Of a stretch of 64,000 bases of DNA, positions 42,259 through 51,856 are shown piece by piece. Under the pieces are notes generated by a model. The model searched no databases, had not been told where the DNA came from, and saw nothing but the letters and a program-made list of their open reading frames with translations. Positions within the stretch are counted from its first letter, which is position 1, and each line of letters opens with the position of its first letter. The translations under genes were made by a program, and so were the position numbers. The DNA comes from Patescibacteria group bacterium (GTDB taxonomy: Bacteria > Patescibacteriota > Dojkabacteria > JAKAPS01), in the NCBI GenBank assembly GCA_025450075.1, contig JANWIC010000003.1:32800-96799 (forward strand), in the 5' to 3' direction.

Positions 42259-42903
42259 TTAAGGGAGCAGGAGAGTAGATAAGGATGTTATGATTGGGCT
42301 AAGGATAAATGAAATTGCCGATTGCCCGTTAATAAGAGGAAGGAATGCTAATAGAAGTAAAATAATAATATAACCTTCAGAAAATTGGGCTATTTTATAT
42401 TGTATAGAGTAGGGAAGGAATGGGCGATAAATGTTACTCCCATCAAGTGGAGGAAAGGGGAGCAAATTAAATACTGCCAACCCAATATTAATAGTTACCA
42501 TTACTTCTAAAAATACCCCTAGATTGAAGACAACAGGGCTTGAGTCTGGAGCAAGTAAAAGCAGCCTAAGTAGTAATGATGCTAGAATAGCAGTTAATAT
42601 ATTCGAAATAGGCCCTGCAATTGCTACTAAAAGATTATCTGTTTTTGGTTTATGCATATTATTAGGGTTTATTGGTACTGGTTTTCCCCAACCGAAGTTT
42701 GTAAAAAGCATCATAAGAAATCCAAAAGGTTCAAAATGGGAGATTGGATTAAGGGTGAGTCTTCCATAATCCTTTGCGGTACTGTCTCCTCGAAAATATG
42801 CGATGAGTGCATGGCTGCATTCATGAATACTCACACTGATAATTAGTGCAATAAATACAAGAAGAGCATAAAATAATCCAAAAGTCGGTATATTTAATAT
42901 CAT
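42259..42903 (-). CDS. Site-2 protease (M50) family
   Basis: HECSH, AIAGP, FNLLPFPPLDG. Confidence 0.93.
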   Translation of the reverse strand: MILNIPTFGLFYALLVFIALIISVSIHECSHALIAYFRGDSTAKDYGRLTLNPISHFEPFGFLMMLFTNFGWGKPVPINPNNMHKPKTDNLLVAIAGPISNILTAILASLLLRLLLLAPDSSPVVFNLGVFLEVMVTINIGLAVFNLLPFPPLDGSNIYRPFLPYSIQYKIAQFSEGYIIILLLLAFLPLINGQSAISFILSPIITSLSTLLLP

Positions 42904-42959
42904 ATGGCTTGAAAAAAAGTCTGTGATAATGTATCATACGGCAGTCACTAGAAATAATT

Positions 42960-43169
42960 ATGGCAAATATTTGTGAAATATGCAAAAAAGGAACTATGAC
43001 GGGTCGTCATATTAAGCATAAGCAAACTGGAGGTTGGGCTCTAAAAGCTCCACGTACCAATAGAAAGCTTTCACCAAATCTACGGACTATTAAAGTAGCG
43101 TATGAAAAAGGTGGAACAGAAAAGGTAAAAGTTTGCATGAAATGCTATAAGCGTCTACAAGCAGCCTAG
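42960..43169 (+). CDS. rpmB: 50S ribosomal protein L28
   Basis: CEICKK..G...RTNRK..PNL...VCMKC. Confidence 0.92.
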   Translation: MANICEICKKGTMTGRHIKHKQTGGWALKAPRTNRKLSPNLRTIKVAYEKGGTEKVKVCMKCYKRLQAA

Positions 43170-43195
43170 AAGCCTCGTTGAAGCTCACCCCTTAC

Positions 43196-45232
43196 TCAAA
43201 GTAGATCAAATGGATCGATATTTATACTTACACCTGCGGGACGTGGGAGTCGGTTTATAATTGTAATCGCTTTTTCAAAATTTTCATTTTCAATTCCAAT
43301 CCGAGATGGGGTATGTTTTGATTTATCTCCTCCAAATGTCATAATTTTGATCTTAATTGTACTTTGAAAAAAGTATGTATTATTTACTTTGGAAAGGAAG
43401 CATTTTGAGGGTCCAAGCAAACTAAAGCTATGGTTGCCAATCGTCTCTGTTAGGTTTTTTACTAAAGCATTTGTAAGTGTTTTTATGGAGTTAAATGCTT
43501 TCGTCTCGTTACTATCTTTCGCTATTACCTGTATAAGGTTAACAAATGGCGGGTATTCAAGCTTTTCTCTTAATTGTACCTCTTGTTCATAAAAATTTCT
43601 GTAATTATTCTTCAGTGCTGTAAGTAAGATTGGGTTTTGGGGATTATATGTTTGAATAACACTTGTACCTGGTTTGTCACCTCTGCCTGCCCTGCCTGAA
43701 AGTTGAGTAATAAGCTGGTATACCCGTTCTGAGGTTCTATAGGAAGGGAAGAGGAGGTCTGAATCTAGGAGGAGATATCCTGTAAGGCTAACGTTTGAAA
43801 TATCCCAACCCTTTGTAATCATTTGTGTTCCTATGAGGATACCTGCTTCCTTATTTTCAAATGACTTAAAGATTTTTTCATGCGATCCTTTTTTACTTGT
43901 CGTGTCTTTATCCATTACAATTGCGTTTGTATTGGGAAAAAGTCTTTGTGTCTCATGCAGTATTGCTTGGGTCCCATACCCAGTTCCTTTTAGAAATCTG
44001 CTCCCGCAGGTTGAACATTTTTCAGGTATTTGCTTGGTAAAGAAACAGTAGTGACAGACAAGGATAAACTTATCCTTTTTCTTGTGAAGGGTTAGTGGCA
44101 TATTGCATTTCGGACAGTTTTCATAATTACCACAATTAGTACAAAGCAGACCACTTCGAAGTCCTCTCCTGTTTAAGTAAAGGATAACCTGTTCACTTTT
44201 GTTGAGCGTAGATTCAACCTGTTGTAGCAACTCTTTTGATATGATCGAGTAATTATTTTTATCTGTTTTCTCTTTTGCATCAATCACTATTGTCTTTGGA
44301 AGAGTTCCTTTAATTCTATCCGGAAGTTCAATAAGGGAGATTGATCCATGAAGGCAATCGTAATATTGTTCAATAAGTGGAGTTGCACTACCAAGAACCA
44401 GAATAAGATTATCTCTCCGGGCAATATATTTTGCTAATTCAATTGCGTTATACTTTGGATTTTTATCTTGTTTATAACTTTGTTCATGACATTCATCAAT
44501 AATAATTGCCCCTAAATTATGAAATGGAGAAAGTATGGCACTTCTTGATCCTATGATGACTGACTTGGTACCTTCCTGTATTTGCTTCCAGGTCTTTGCT
44601 CGTATAGTATTGCTTACCCTGCTATGGACAATAGCAAGTTCATCTCCTCCAAACCGCATGCTAAATCGTTCTATGAGTTGAGGAGTAAGTGATATTTCAG
44701 GAACCAGGAATAGTACCTGTTTTCCTTCTTGTATACAATTGGCTGCGATATGTAGGTAAACTTCTGTTTTTCCGCTTCCTGTTATACCATGCAAAAGAAA
44801 TATCATGTCAGTTTTTTTGCTCTGAATTGTCTTAACAGCTTGTTGCTGTTTTGGTGTAAGGATTGGAGGTTTATCTCGAACAGTCGAAGAAGGGATGACT
44901 TTGGATTCTCTTTTATTTTCGTTCCGAGGTAAAAGTGCTTGGATACACTCATAAAAATTACAAGAATAGCGAATACTTAACCATTCAGCAATATCTAACG
45001 ATGATGGTGGTAATACCGGTGCAGATGGAGATATGGTTATTATATCTTTTGTTTTAAATGTGGGTTTCTTATTGATAATGGCAAAAATTACCCCTTCTGT
45101 TTGCCTTTTCCCGAATGAAACAGTAACTTGTCTTCCTGGTATTGCCAAATAAGCAAGTTCCTGGGGAATACGATACGTATATGTTTTTCCGATCGAGGGA
45201 ATATTCGTTTTTACGATTATTTCTGCATACAT
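43196..45232 (-). CDS. priA: Primosomal protein N'
   Basis: GITGSGKTEVY, DECH, SATP, Cys cluster, GTQMITKG, GRAGR. Confidence 0.96.
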   Translation of the reverse strand: MYAEIIVKTNIPSIGKTYTYRIPQELAYLAIPGRQVTVSFGKRQTEGVIFAIINKKPTFKTKDIITISPSAPVLPPSSLDIAEWLSIRYSCNFYECIQALLPRNENKRESKVIPSSTVRDKPPILTPKQQQAVKTIQSKKTDMIFLLHGITGSGKTEVYLHIAANCIQEGKQVLFLVPEISLTPQLIERFSMRFGGDELAIVHSRVSNTIRAKTWKQIQEGTKSVIIGSRSAILSPFHNLGAIIIDECHEQSYKQDKNPKYNAIELAKYIARRDNLILVLGSATPLIEQYYDCLHGSISLIELPDRIKGTLPKTIVIDAKEKTDKNNYSIISKELLQQVESTLNKSEQVILYLNRRGLRSGLLCTNCGNYENCPKCNMPLTLHKKKDKFILVCHYCFFTKQIPEKCSTCGSRFLKGTGYGTQAILHETQRLFPNTNAIVMDKDTTSKKGSHEKIFKSFENKEAGILIGTQMITKGWDISNVSLTGYLLLDSDLLFPSYRTSERVYQLITQLSGRAGRGDKPGTSVIQTYNPQNPILLTALKNNYRNFYEQEVQLREKLEYPPFVNLIQVIAKDSNETKAFNSIKTLTNALVKNLTETIGNHSFSLLGPSKCFLSKVNNTYFFQSTIKIKIMTFGGDKSKHTPSRIGIENENFEKAITIINRLPRPAGVSINIDPFDLL

Positions 45233-45256
45233 AAGACGAGTATATACCTGAGGGTT

Positions 45257-46120
45257 CTATATTTCCACTTTGGAAAGTTTCTTTTGTATCACATAGATGG
45301 AAAAAAGTATTTCAACTAAACCAAGGGTTAAAAGAAACAATAGTGCAAAAGAAGGAAATGAAGAAAGGTTTTCGGGATAGATGAAGTAGGGAAAATGAAT
45401 TCCAAGAAGCCCAAACCATACCAAAATAAATTGTACAAGAGAGAAAATTGCCATTTGTCTCTTATTCCCTTTTAATGAATATCTGCTGAAAAGGAGCATA
45501 GATATGATAAAAATAAAGAATATGAATATATCCGGAATTGTTGTAAGTAATGTATATGGCAAAAACTTGAGAAGTACCACTGGTAAGGCTAGAAAAAAAA
45601 GCAATTGGAATAGGTGTGATTCATGAATCATTGTAGCAAGTGATTCTGATGTATGCATTGCAATATAGGCAAATACAATAGAACTCATACTAATTGCGCT
45701 AGTCAGCATGAAGGTAGATAAAAAAATATCTACCATGATATATACCAATCCCGAAGGAGAAATATATGAAACGAGAAGGGAAGGAATTGATAATAGGCAA
45801 CTTGCATTTATAAAAAGATAAAGCAGTTTCTTTGCAAAGTTATCATTTTTGCCTAAATGTATAAATCTTAAAATCAAAAAGAAGAAGGCAAAAAATACAA
45901 GAACTAAATTCCTATGGAAATAAATAAGGGGTAACGCTAAAAAAAGTGTGGCACTCCAGGTCCATAGCTGACGTGTATATACAGGTATACGATAATAGGG
46001 TGATGGTCCGGGTAATAGTTTTGGGAACGTACAATAAACAGCTGTGCTGTACTCGAGTGTTGCTAGCAATAAAAGGATAACAAATACTGCTGCAAAAATG
46101 CTGGATAAAAATAGTAACAT
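45257..46120 (-). CDS. Polytopic membrane protein, divergent cytochrome bd subunit II (CydB/YthB)-like
   Basis: About 9 TMs; ATLEYSTAVY, LILR, QFILVWFGLLGIHFPYFIYP resemble Firmicute YthB segments. Confidence 0.45.
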   Translation of the reverse strand: MLLFLSSIFAAVFVILLLLATLEYSTAVYCTFPKLLPGPSPYYRIPVYTRQLWTWSATLFLALPLIYFHRNLVLVFFAFFFLILRFIHLGKNDNFAKKLLYLFINASCLLSIPSLLVSYISPSGLVYIMVDIFLSTFMLTSAISMSSIVFAYIAMHTSESLATMIHESHLFQLLFFLALPVVLLKFLPYTLLTTIPDIFIFFIFIISMLLFSRYSLKGNKRQMAIFSLVQFILVWFGLLGIHFPYFIYPENLSSFPSFALLFLLTLGLVEILFSIYVIQKKLSKVEI

Positions 46121-46256
46121 AGGCGTAATCTATTAAAGTATATCGGGTCAATAAGATATTTACAATATTACATATTCTTATAAGAATTATTATGGTAACA
46201 AAACTCCTTCTATCATAGAAAATATGCTACAATAGCAATGCATTAAATCAAGATCG

Positions 46257-47312
46257 ATGAATGTTTTTAATTCGGTATGGGGAGTATTTTCACATGATAT
46301 TGGTATCGATCTGGGAACGGCAAATACCCTGGTTTCAGTAAAGGGACAGGGGGTTCTCATTTCAGAGCCTTCAGTTGTAGCTGTAAATAAAAAAACAGGT
46401 GAAATATTAGCTGTCGGGAGTGAAGCGCGCCGGATGGTTGGACGTACACCAGCACATGTCGTGGCAATAAGGCCTCTTCGTGATGGAGTAATTTCTGATT
46501 TTGAATCAACGAAAGAAATGATTCAATATTTCATTCAAAAGGTACATTCGCAATCATCAAAGTTTTTTAAGATTCCTCGACCTCGCGTTGTTATAGGAAT
46601 TCCTTCATCTGTTACCGAAGTTGAGAAACGGGCTGTTGTTGATGCAGCGATTCAAGCTGGAGCTCGTAAAGCATATATCATTGAAGAACCCATGGCTGCA
46701 GCTATTGGAGCTGGTCTTCCGGTTACAGAGGCAACTGGAAGCATGATTGTTGATATTGGTGGGGGAACTACAGATATAGCTGTTATGTCTTTAGGTGGAA
46801 TTGTTGTAGATAAATCACTTCGTGTTGCAGGAGATGAGATGGATCAAGATATTGTAAATTATGTTCGACATAAATATAACATGCTCATAGGTGATAAGAC
46901 AGCTGAGGATATAAAGATATCAATTGGATCGGCTTTCCCTTCAAAAGAAAATAAAGCTGTGGAGCTTCGTGGCCGTGACCTATTACAAGGACTTCCGAAA
47001 TTTATTAATATAACCAGTTCTGAGATCCGGGAAGCGATTATGAATTCATTAAATATAATAATAGAATCAATTAAAGATGCAATAGAAGAAACTCCTCCTG
47101 AACTGTTATCTGATATCGCTGATCAAGGAATTGTTATTGCTGGTGGTGGAGCGTTGATACCGGGTATAGATAAGCTCATTGCTGATAGAGTTCGTATGCC
47201 GGTACGTATAGCCCAGGATCCTCTTACCTGTGTGGTACGGGGAACTGAGATCGTTATAGAGGATATTGACTTACTCTCAAAAGTTGAAGTGAATAAAGAT
47301 GAATTTGAATAA
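46257..47312 (+). CDS. mreB: Rod shape-determining protein MreB
   Basis: GIDLGTANT, EEPMAAAIGAG, DIGGGTT; first gene of mreBCD. Confidence 0.97.
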   Translation: MNVFNSVWGVFSHDIGIDLGTANTLVSVKGQGVLISEPSVVAVNKKTGEILAVGSEARRMVGRTPAHVVAIRPLRDGVISDFESTKEMIQYFIQKVHSQSSKFFKIPRPRVVIGIPSSVTEVEKRAVVDAAIQAGARKAYIIEEPMAAAIGAGLPVTEATGSMIVDIGGGTTDIAVMSLGGIVVDKSLRVAGDEMDQDIVNYVRHKYNMLIGDKTAEDIKISIGSAFPSKENKAVELRGRDLLQGLPKFINITSSEIREAIMNSLNIIIESIKDAIEETPPELLSDIADQGIVIAGGGALIPGIDKLIADRVRMPVRIAQDPLTCVVRGTEIVIEDIDLLSKVEVNKDEFE

Positions 47313-48114
47313 TGAAAAATATAAACAACAGATTATTCCTCTTATTATTTATCTCTTTTTGAGTTTTGTCCTTGTCTCCTTATCTATGGTCCGCTTCTTT
47401 GATCCAATTTATTTAATTACCGATGCGCTGACTAAAAATTTGCGATCTAGCCTCTATGTTACAGGTGTTGATTTGGCGAATACATTTACATATATAGGTA
47501 ATTCAAATACATTAATTCAGGATAACAAAAAACTAAAGCAGGAGCTGTATTCGCTTCATTCAATTCAAGCACAAAATTATCTTTTAACGAATGAAAATAA
47601 AGCATTATCTGAACAACTTGGAACGATGGTAAAAAGTTCTAACGTTACTCCTGTAATGGCAGAAATTATTTCTACCACAACTACTTCTGATTATATTACG
47701 ATTGGAGTAGGTGGAAATGAGGGTGTTGCGAACAATAATATTGTAGTATACAAGAATATTCTTTTAGGCATAGTTACCGATGTTCGACCTGAAAGTTCAG
47801 TAGTCCAATTAGTAAGTAGCAAAGACAGTTCAGTTCCCGTGAGTGTAAGTGGAAGCCAGGTGCAAGGCATTCTTACAGGATCAGTGGAATCCGGACTTAT
47901 CATTAATGATATATTACCGGATGAGACAGTTGATCAAAATGCTATGGTCCTTACATCTTCATTAGGTGGAGGATTATATCCTTCAGGATTACTTGTTGGA
48001 TATATCTCATCTATACAACCTGTAACAAGCCAACCATTTAAAATAGCTCAAGTAAAACCAGCTGTTGATATTTCAACAATTGATTATTTATTCGTTTTAA
48101 AAAACAAATCATGA
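47299..48114 (+). CDS. mreC: Rod shape-determining protein MreC
   Basis: TM, coiled coil ENKAL, VLTSSLGG..YPSGLLVG, VKPAVD. Confidence 0.9.
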   Translation: MNLNNEKYKQQIIPLIIYLFLSFVLVSLSMVRFFDPIYLITDALTKNLRSSLYVTGVDLANTFTYIGNSNTLIQDNKKLKQELYSLHSIQAQNYLLTNENKALSEQLGTMVKSSNVTPVMAEIISTTTTSDYITIGVGGNEGVANNNIVVYKNILLGIVTDVRPESSVVQLVSSKDSSVPVSVSGSQVQGILTGSVESGLIINDILPDETVDQNAMVLTSSLGGGLYPSGLLVGYISSIQPVTSQPFKIAQVKPAVDISTIDYLFVLKNKS

Positions 48115-48602
48115 AGTATGTAACAGGAACAATTCTAATAGTGGCATTATGTATTATCTATACATCTTTTTTAACAGGTCTTCGATTTATTTTTCCCTGG
48201 TTTAATGTGGTATATGTCTGCTTATTTGCTTATTATATTTCAAGAGAATCTAAATTATCATTATACCTTTTTTTTATAGGGGGGATATTTTTAGATATAT
48301 TTACCATCAGTCAGGTTGGGTTTACCAGTGCAAACTTTTTCATCAGTCTCTTGATTTATGCTCTTCTTACAAGAATATTCCCTGCAGAAAGAAGCGGTAA
48401 GCTTTTATCACTTCTGGTTTCCAGCACGTGTTTTTATCTAATCTCTTATATCACCTTAAATTTCATAACAAACCATGGCATAGCAGGTCTTTTGTTATAC
48501 ATCCCATGGGGTATTGCAAGTGCATTATGCATATTTTTCCTTTCATTTACGATTTCGTTTCTTTTCCCGGTCAATCATGAGAGAAAGATCAGTATCGGTT
48601 AA
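48111..48602 (+). CDS. mreD: Rod shape-determining protein MreD
   Basis: Small multi-TM protein with GGIFLD..G; overlaps mreC stop. Confidence 0.8.
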   Translation: MKYVTGTILIVALCIIYTSFLTGLRFIFPWFNVVYVCLFAYYISRESKLSLYLFFIGGIFLDIFTISQVGFTSANFFISLLIYALLTRIFPAERSGKLLSLLVSSTCFYLISYITLNFITNHGIAGLLLYIPWGIASALCIFFLSFTISFLFPVNHERKISIG

Positions 48603-49792
48603 ACCAGATAAGGAAGATAGTTGTTGAGATTTATTATATGTTTTCCGCTTTCCGGATATGTATTTTCAAACCCTTTTGAAAAGCTTTCTTTATAAACATC
48701 GATTGAAAAACCTTCTAATTTTGTATCTTTTTCGAGCACAAGTGCAACTTCTGATCCTTGAGTTGTTTTCCAGTAATGGAATTTGTATCGGAGAGAATAG
48801 TAAGCATTTAACTTTTTTATCTCAGCGATAATAAAGTTAGCAAATATTTTATTGAAGTCAGTTCGCATGGTTACGGGTCGAAAATCATTTAACAATGCAT
48901 TTCGAATACCTAGATCATAAAAATATATTATTTCATATTTACTGATTTCATCCTCCCGTTCTTTTGTATATGGAGAAAGTGTGAAAATGATATAGCTTTT
49001 TTCAAGAATCTGGATATAGTCAGTTATTGTTTGTCTTGCAATACCAAGCCTTTTTGATAGATCAGAAATATTGATAGGTTGTCCGATAAATGAGGCAAGA
49101 AGTTTTAATAATTCCACTAATCCTGAGGTGTTTTTGACTAAGTTAAGGTAGAAAATATCCTTTAGAATTACAGCATCAACAAGTTCTTGAAGATAACTTT
49201 CTGCCTGAGTATTTACAACTCCGGGATAAAGTCCAATTCTCATCCGTTCATACGCTTCCTCTGTAAGAGTGTGTGCTGTTATATCATCATAGGAGAAAGT
49301 AGTAGAAAGAGGAAATTGATGGATACCATCTTCATGAACTAGATTCCGTTGCACTAAATATTCTTGAAACGACAGTGGAAAAAGATTAAGCGTAGTCTTT
49401 CTTCCTGCAAGACTTTCCGAAGTCTTTTTCCGGATATCTAGAGTAGCTGAACCTGTAAGGATTACTTTTACATTTTCAATTTCATCATAAAATATCTTTG
49501 CTGCAAGTCCGGGATCCTTTAATCGCTGTGCTTCATCTAGAATGAGGATGATCTTATCATGTTCATTGTGAAATGAAGAAAGTTGTGAATTTATGTATGA
49601 TCGGTATTTGGCGATAGATAAGCTGTCAAAGAAATCTCTATATACTTTATCATCCAAATCTATATATATAGCTCGTTCTTTTAAAAGATTTTTTAATAGT
49701 GTCGTTTTCCCGACTTGCCTGGGACCTAAAAGAATTAATACTTCTTTGGAATCAATGTTTTTTACAATTGTTTGAGAAAGAGATCGATACAC
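48599..49792 (-). CDS. AAA_14/DUF4143 (COG1373-type) ATPase with wHTH and degenerate PD-(D/E)xK domain
   Basis: GPRQVGKTT, ILDEAQ, TGS, ESLAGR, YFYDLGIRN; GTG start. Confidence 0.9.
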   Translation of the reverse strand: MYRSLSQTIVKNIDSKEVLILLGPRQVGKTTLLKNLLKERAIYIDLDDKVYRDFFDSLSIAKYRSYINSQLSSFHNEHDKIILILDEAQRLKDPGLAAKIFYDEIENVKVILTGSATLDIRKKTSESLAGRKTTLNLFPLSFQEYLVQRNLVHEDGIHQFPLSTTFSYDDITAHTLTEEAYERMRIGLYPGVVNTQAESYLQELVDAVILKDIFYLNLVKNTSGLVELLKLLASFIGQPINISDLSKRLGIARQTITDYIQILEKSYIIFTLSPYTKEREDEISKYEIIYFYDLGIRNALLNDFRPVTMRTDFNKIFANFIIAEIKKLNAYYSLRYKFHYWKTTQGSEVALVLEKDTKLEGFSIDVYKESFSKGFENTYPESGKHIINLNNYLPYLV

Positions 49793-49795
49793 AGT

Positions 49796-49856
49796 ATTAC
49801 AAATAATGTACCATTGCTGTACAGTCAGTGTACAGATTCTATACAGAAGATGTCAA
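49796..49856. repeat. 11-bp-phased TGTACA-like repeats
   Basis: ATTACA 49796, TGTACC 49807, TGTACA 49818, TGTACA 49829, TATACA 49840, TGTCAA 49851. Confidence 0.65.
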
Positions 49857-49920
49857 ATTCTGCAGTTTTGCGTATTCCAATTGGCTATGGTATATTTATT
49901 TAAATTTCAAACCCAATAAT

Positions 49921-50310
49921 ATGAAAAAAAACGTAATGTTTCTTATTCTTCCTATTGCTTTGTTAGTTATATCTGTTGGAACTTTTGTTGGGCTTGGAAT
50001 ACAAAGTCACTTGGTAGGCAGTAGCGCACATGTTATTAATGGCTTTACTACTGAAACAGCACTTGTATATGAAAGCAAGGCTTGCATATACGGCAGGCAA
50101 TATAAAGTTATCAATGGTTTTATCCAAGCAATTAGCTCCAGGTATGGTGTCACCATTCAGGATATCTATCGAAGCCGTGACGGCTATTATGCTCAATTAT
50201 CCTCACCAATTCCATCCAACGATCATGTTGGAAGCAGGGTAACTATACTTGGAACTTGTTCTGAACAACCAAGAAGTGGTCTTTGGATGAATAACGCAGC
50301 ATTGTTTTAA
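49921..50310 (+). CDS. Exported OB-fold-like protein
   Basis: N-terminal signal/TM; YGRQYKVINGFIQAI...GSRVTILGTC resembles the tRNA_anti-like OB fold. Confidence 0.55.
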   Translation: MKKNVMFLILPIALLVISVGTFVGLGIQSHLVGSSAHVINGFTTETALVYESKACIYGRQYKVINGFIQAISSRYGVTIQDIYRSRDGYYAQLSSPIPSNDHVGSRVTILGTCSEQPRSGLWMNNAALF

Positions 50311-50358
50311 TTGCCGAGTAATTTCTATAAGAGTTTTTGTCTTTTAAATAGAATCGTT

Positions 50359-50954
50359 CTATTTCTCTGAAGCTTTTGGATATTTTCTTAAATAATTGGT
50401 TATTACCAAGAAAATTATAAATACTATTACCCATATTACAGGGTATGAAATAGTTAATAGATTATACCGCTGCAAAGCAATTAATATAAGTGTCATCTTG
50501 ATAATCGTTAAATAGTAACTTGGCAAAGATTCTGAATATGGATCATGAATTGTTTTTCTAAATGTTGGAGCAAATGATATGACTTCAGCAGATGTAACGA
50601 TTGCAAGTGAAACAAATGGAACGCTATGAAAAAACGCATAGGAAAGAACTCCAATTATAGAGAGAGCCAGACAGACTTTATCAAAGAATATAATATCTTT
50701 TGTTCCAAATCTAAAGCAATAAAATAGAATTACGCCATCAACAATTGAGCTTAATATTGTTGGTAACGTACCAATTCCTGCTCCACCAATTAGTTGCAAA
50801 TATGCAACAACGGATGTTACAAGAAAGTAACTTACCCAGTATAAAGATGGGGTCTATTTTTCCCTTTGAACATATCTATAAGGTAGGGAAGATATGCGAA
50901 AACTGCAATTGCAGTAGCTATTGATGATGCCAAAATTTTAAAAGTATAAATCAT
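50359..50954 (-). pseudogene. PQ-loop-like membrane protein, 1-bp deletion near 50839
   Basis: 5' frame MIYTFK...YLPYLIDMFKGKNRPHLYT then shifts to WVSYFLV...LQLIGGAG; second repeat FAPTFRK...SESL. Confidence 0.75.
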
Positions 50955-51073
50955 TTGAAAAACTAATCAATTTGAAAGATTATATCAATATTTTGAAGTA
51001 TTGTAATGGTTATCCAAGGGCATATTGGGTTTCTGCTGAATAGGATTTATAATAGGATTATTAAGAAAAACCC

Positions 51074-51574
51074 ATGATAGGGATTCTCATCATTTTAATA
51101 GCTTATCTTTTGTTTGTATTTGTTATCTTGCGGCTTTTTGTTCCGAATCTCGGTTTTAAAAAATCTCCATTAACTTCCTCAATCCCAGAAGATCTTGAAA
51201 ATCAGATTAAAAAAATGAATATGCAAGCAAAAGATGACTTGGATTTTCTTCGACAAACATATGAATATATTACGGGAAGGTATTATGGAAGAAGGGTAGA
51301 AACAATTCTTATGTTTTGGTATGCCTTTGAAACGGTTTTAGAATACAAACCCGGATATTTGCCTTGTACTTCACTGAATTATTTAATCAGGATTTTCCTT
51401 ATTAAAAGTGGAAGGTTTACTGAGGATGATATTAAGATTAAGACAGTACCATTAAATCTTTTTATCCATCAATATTTGGAAGTGAAAGTAAATGGAGAAT
51501 GGATTTTTATTGATCCTTGGTCAGCACATCTAGGGATCCCTTTTGGAAAGCATTCATTTTTATTTGCCTTATAA
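51074..51574 (+). CDS. Transglutaminase-like Cys-His-Asp protein with N-terminal TM
   Basis: LPCTSLN, HQYLEVKVNGEWIFIDPW. Confidence 0.8.
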   Translation: MIGILIILIAYLLFVFVILRLFVPNLGFKKSPLTSSIPEDLENQIKKMNMQAKDDLDFLRQTYEYITGRYYGRRVETILMFWYAFETVLEYKPGYLPCTSLNYLIRIFLIKSGRFTEDDIKIKTVPLNLFIHQYLEVKVNGEWIFIDPWSAHLGIPFGKHSFLFAL

Positions 51575-51582
51575 ACTTTCTG

Positions 51583-51610
51583 TTGACTTTTTACCAAGGA
51601 GTATTATAAT
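51583..51610 (+). promoter_or_regulatory. Promoter of the T-box/trpS transcript
   Basis: TTGACT-16bp-TATAAT. Confidence 0.7.
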
Positions 51611-51616
51611 GAGGAA

Positions 51617-51835
51617 AACAATGATGGAGTGGCATGGGCTCCGGAGTTGCAAGTGAAAACCCGTAAGGGACAAGTAGCTGTCGCCGCAAAAGATGCGTCA
51701 ATTCTTAGCTGGTTTGATGACCAGTCACAAAGATTGTTGTAGTAATACAACAATGAATATAAGGTGGCACCACGATCTTTATCGTCCTTATATAGTCATA
51801 TACAATATGTGTATGTCTATAAAAGGACTTTTTTT
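51617..51835 (+). promoter_or_regulatory. T-box riboswitch (Trp; ultra-short Stem I; transcriptional)
   Basis: K-turn plus UGG specifier at 51635-51637; Stem II S-turn GAA/AGUA; antiterminator AAGG-TGGCACC-ACG...CGT-CCTT; overlapping terminator with T7. Confidence 0.88.
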
Positions 51836-51856
51836 ATTTTATCTTTCTAAATTTGT

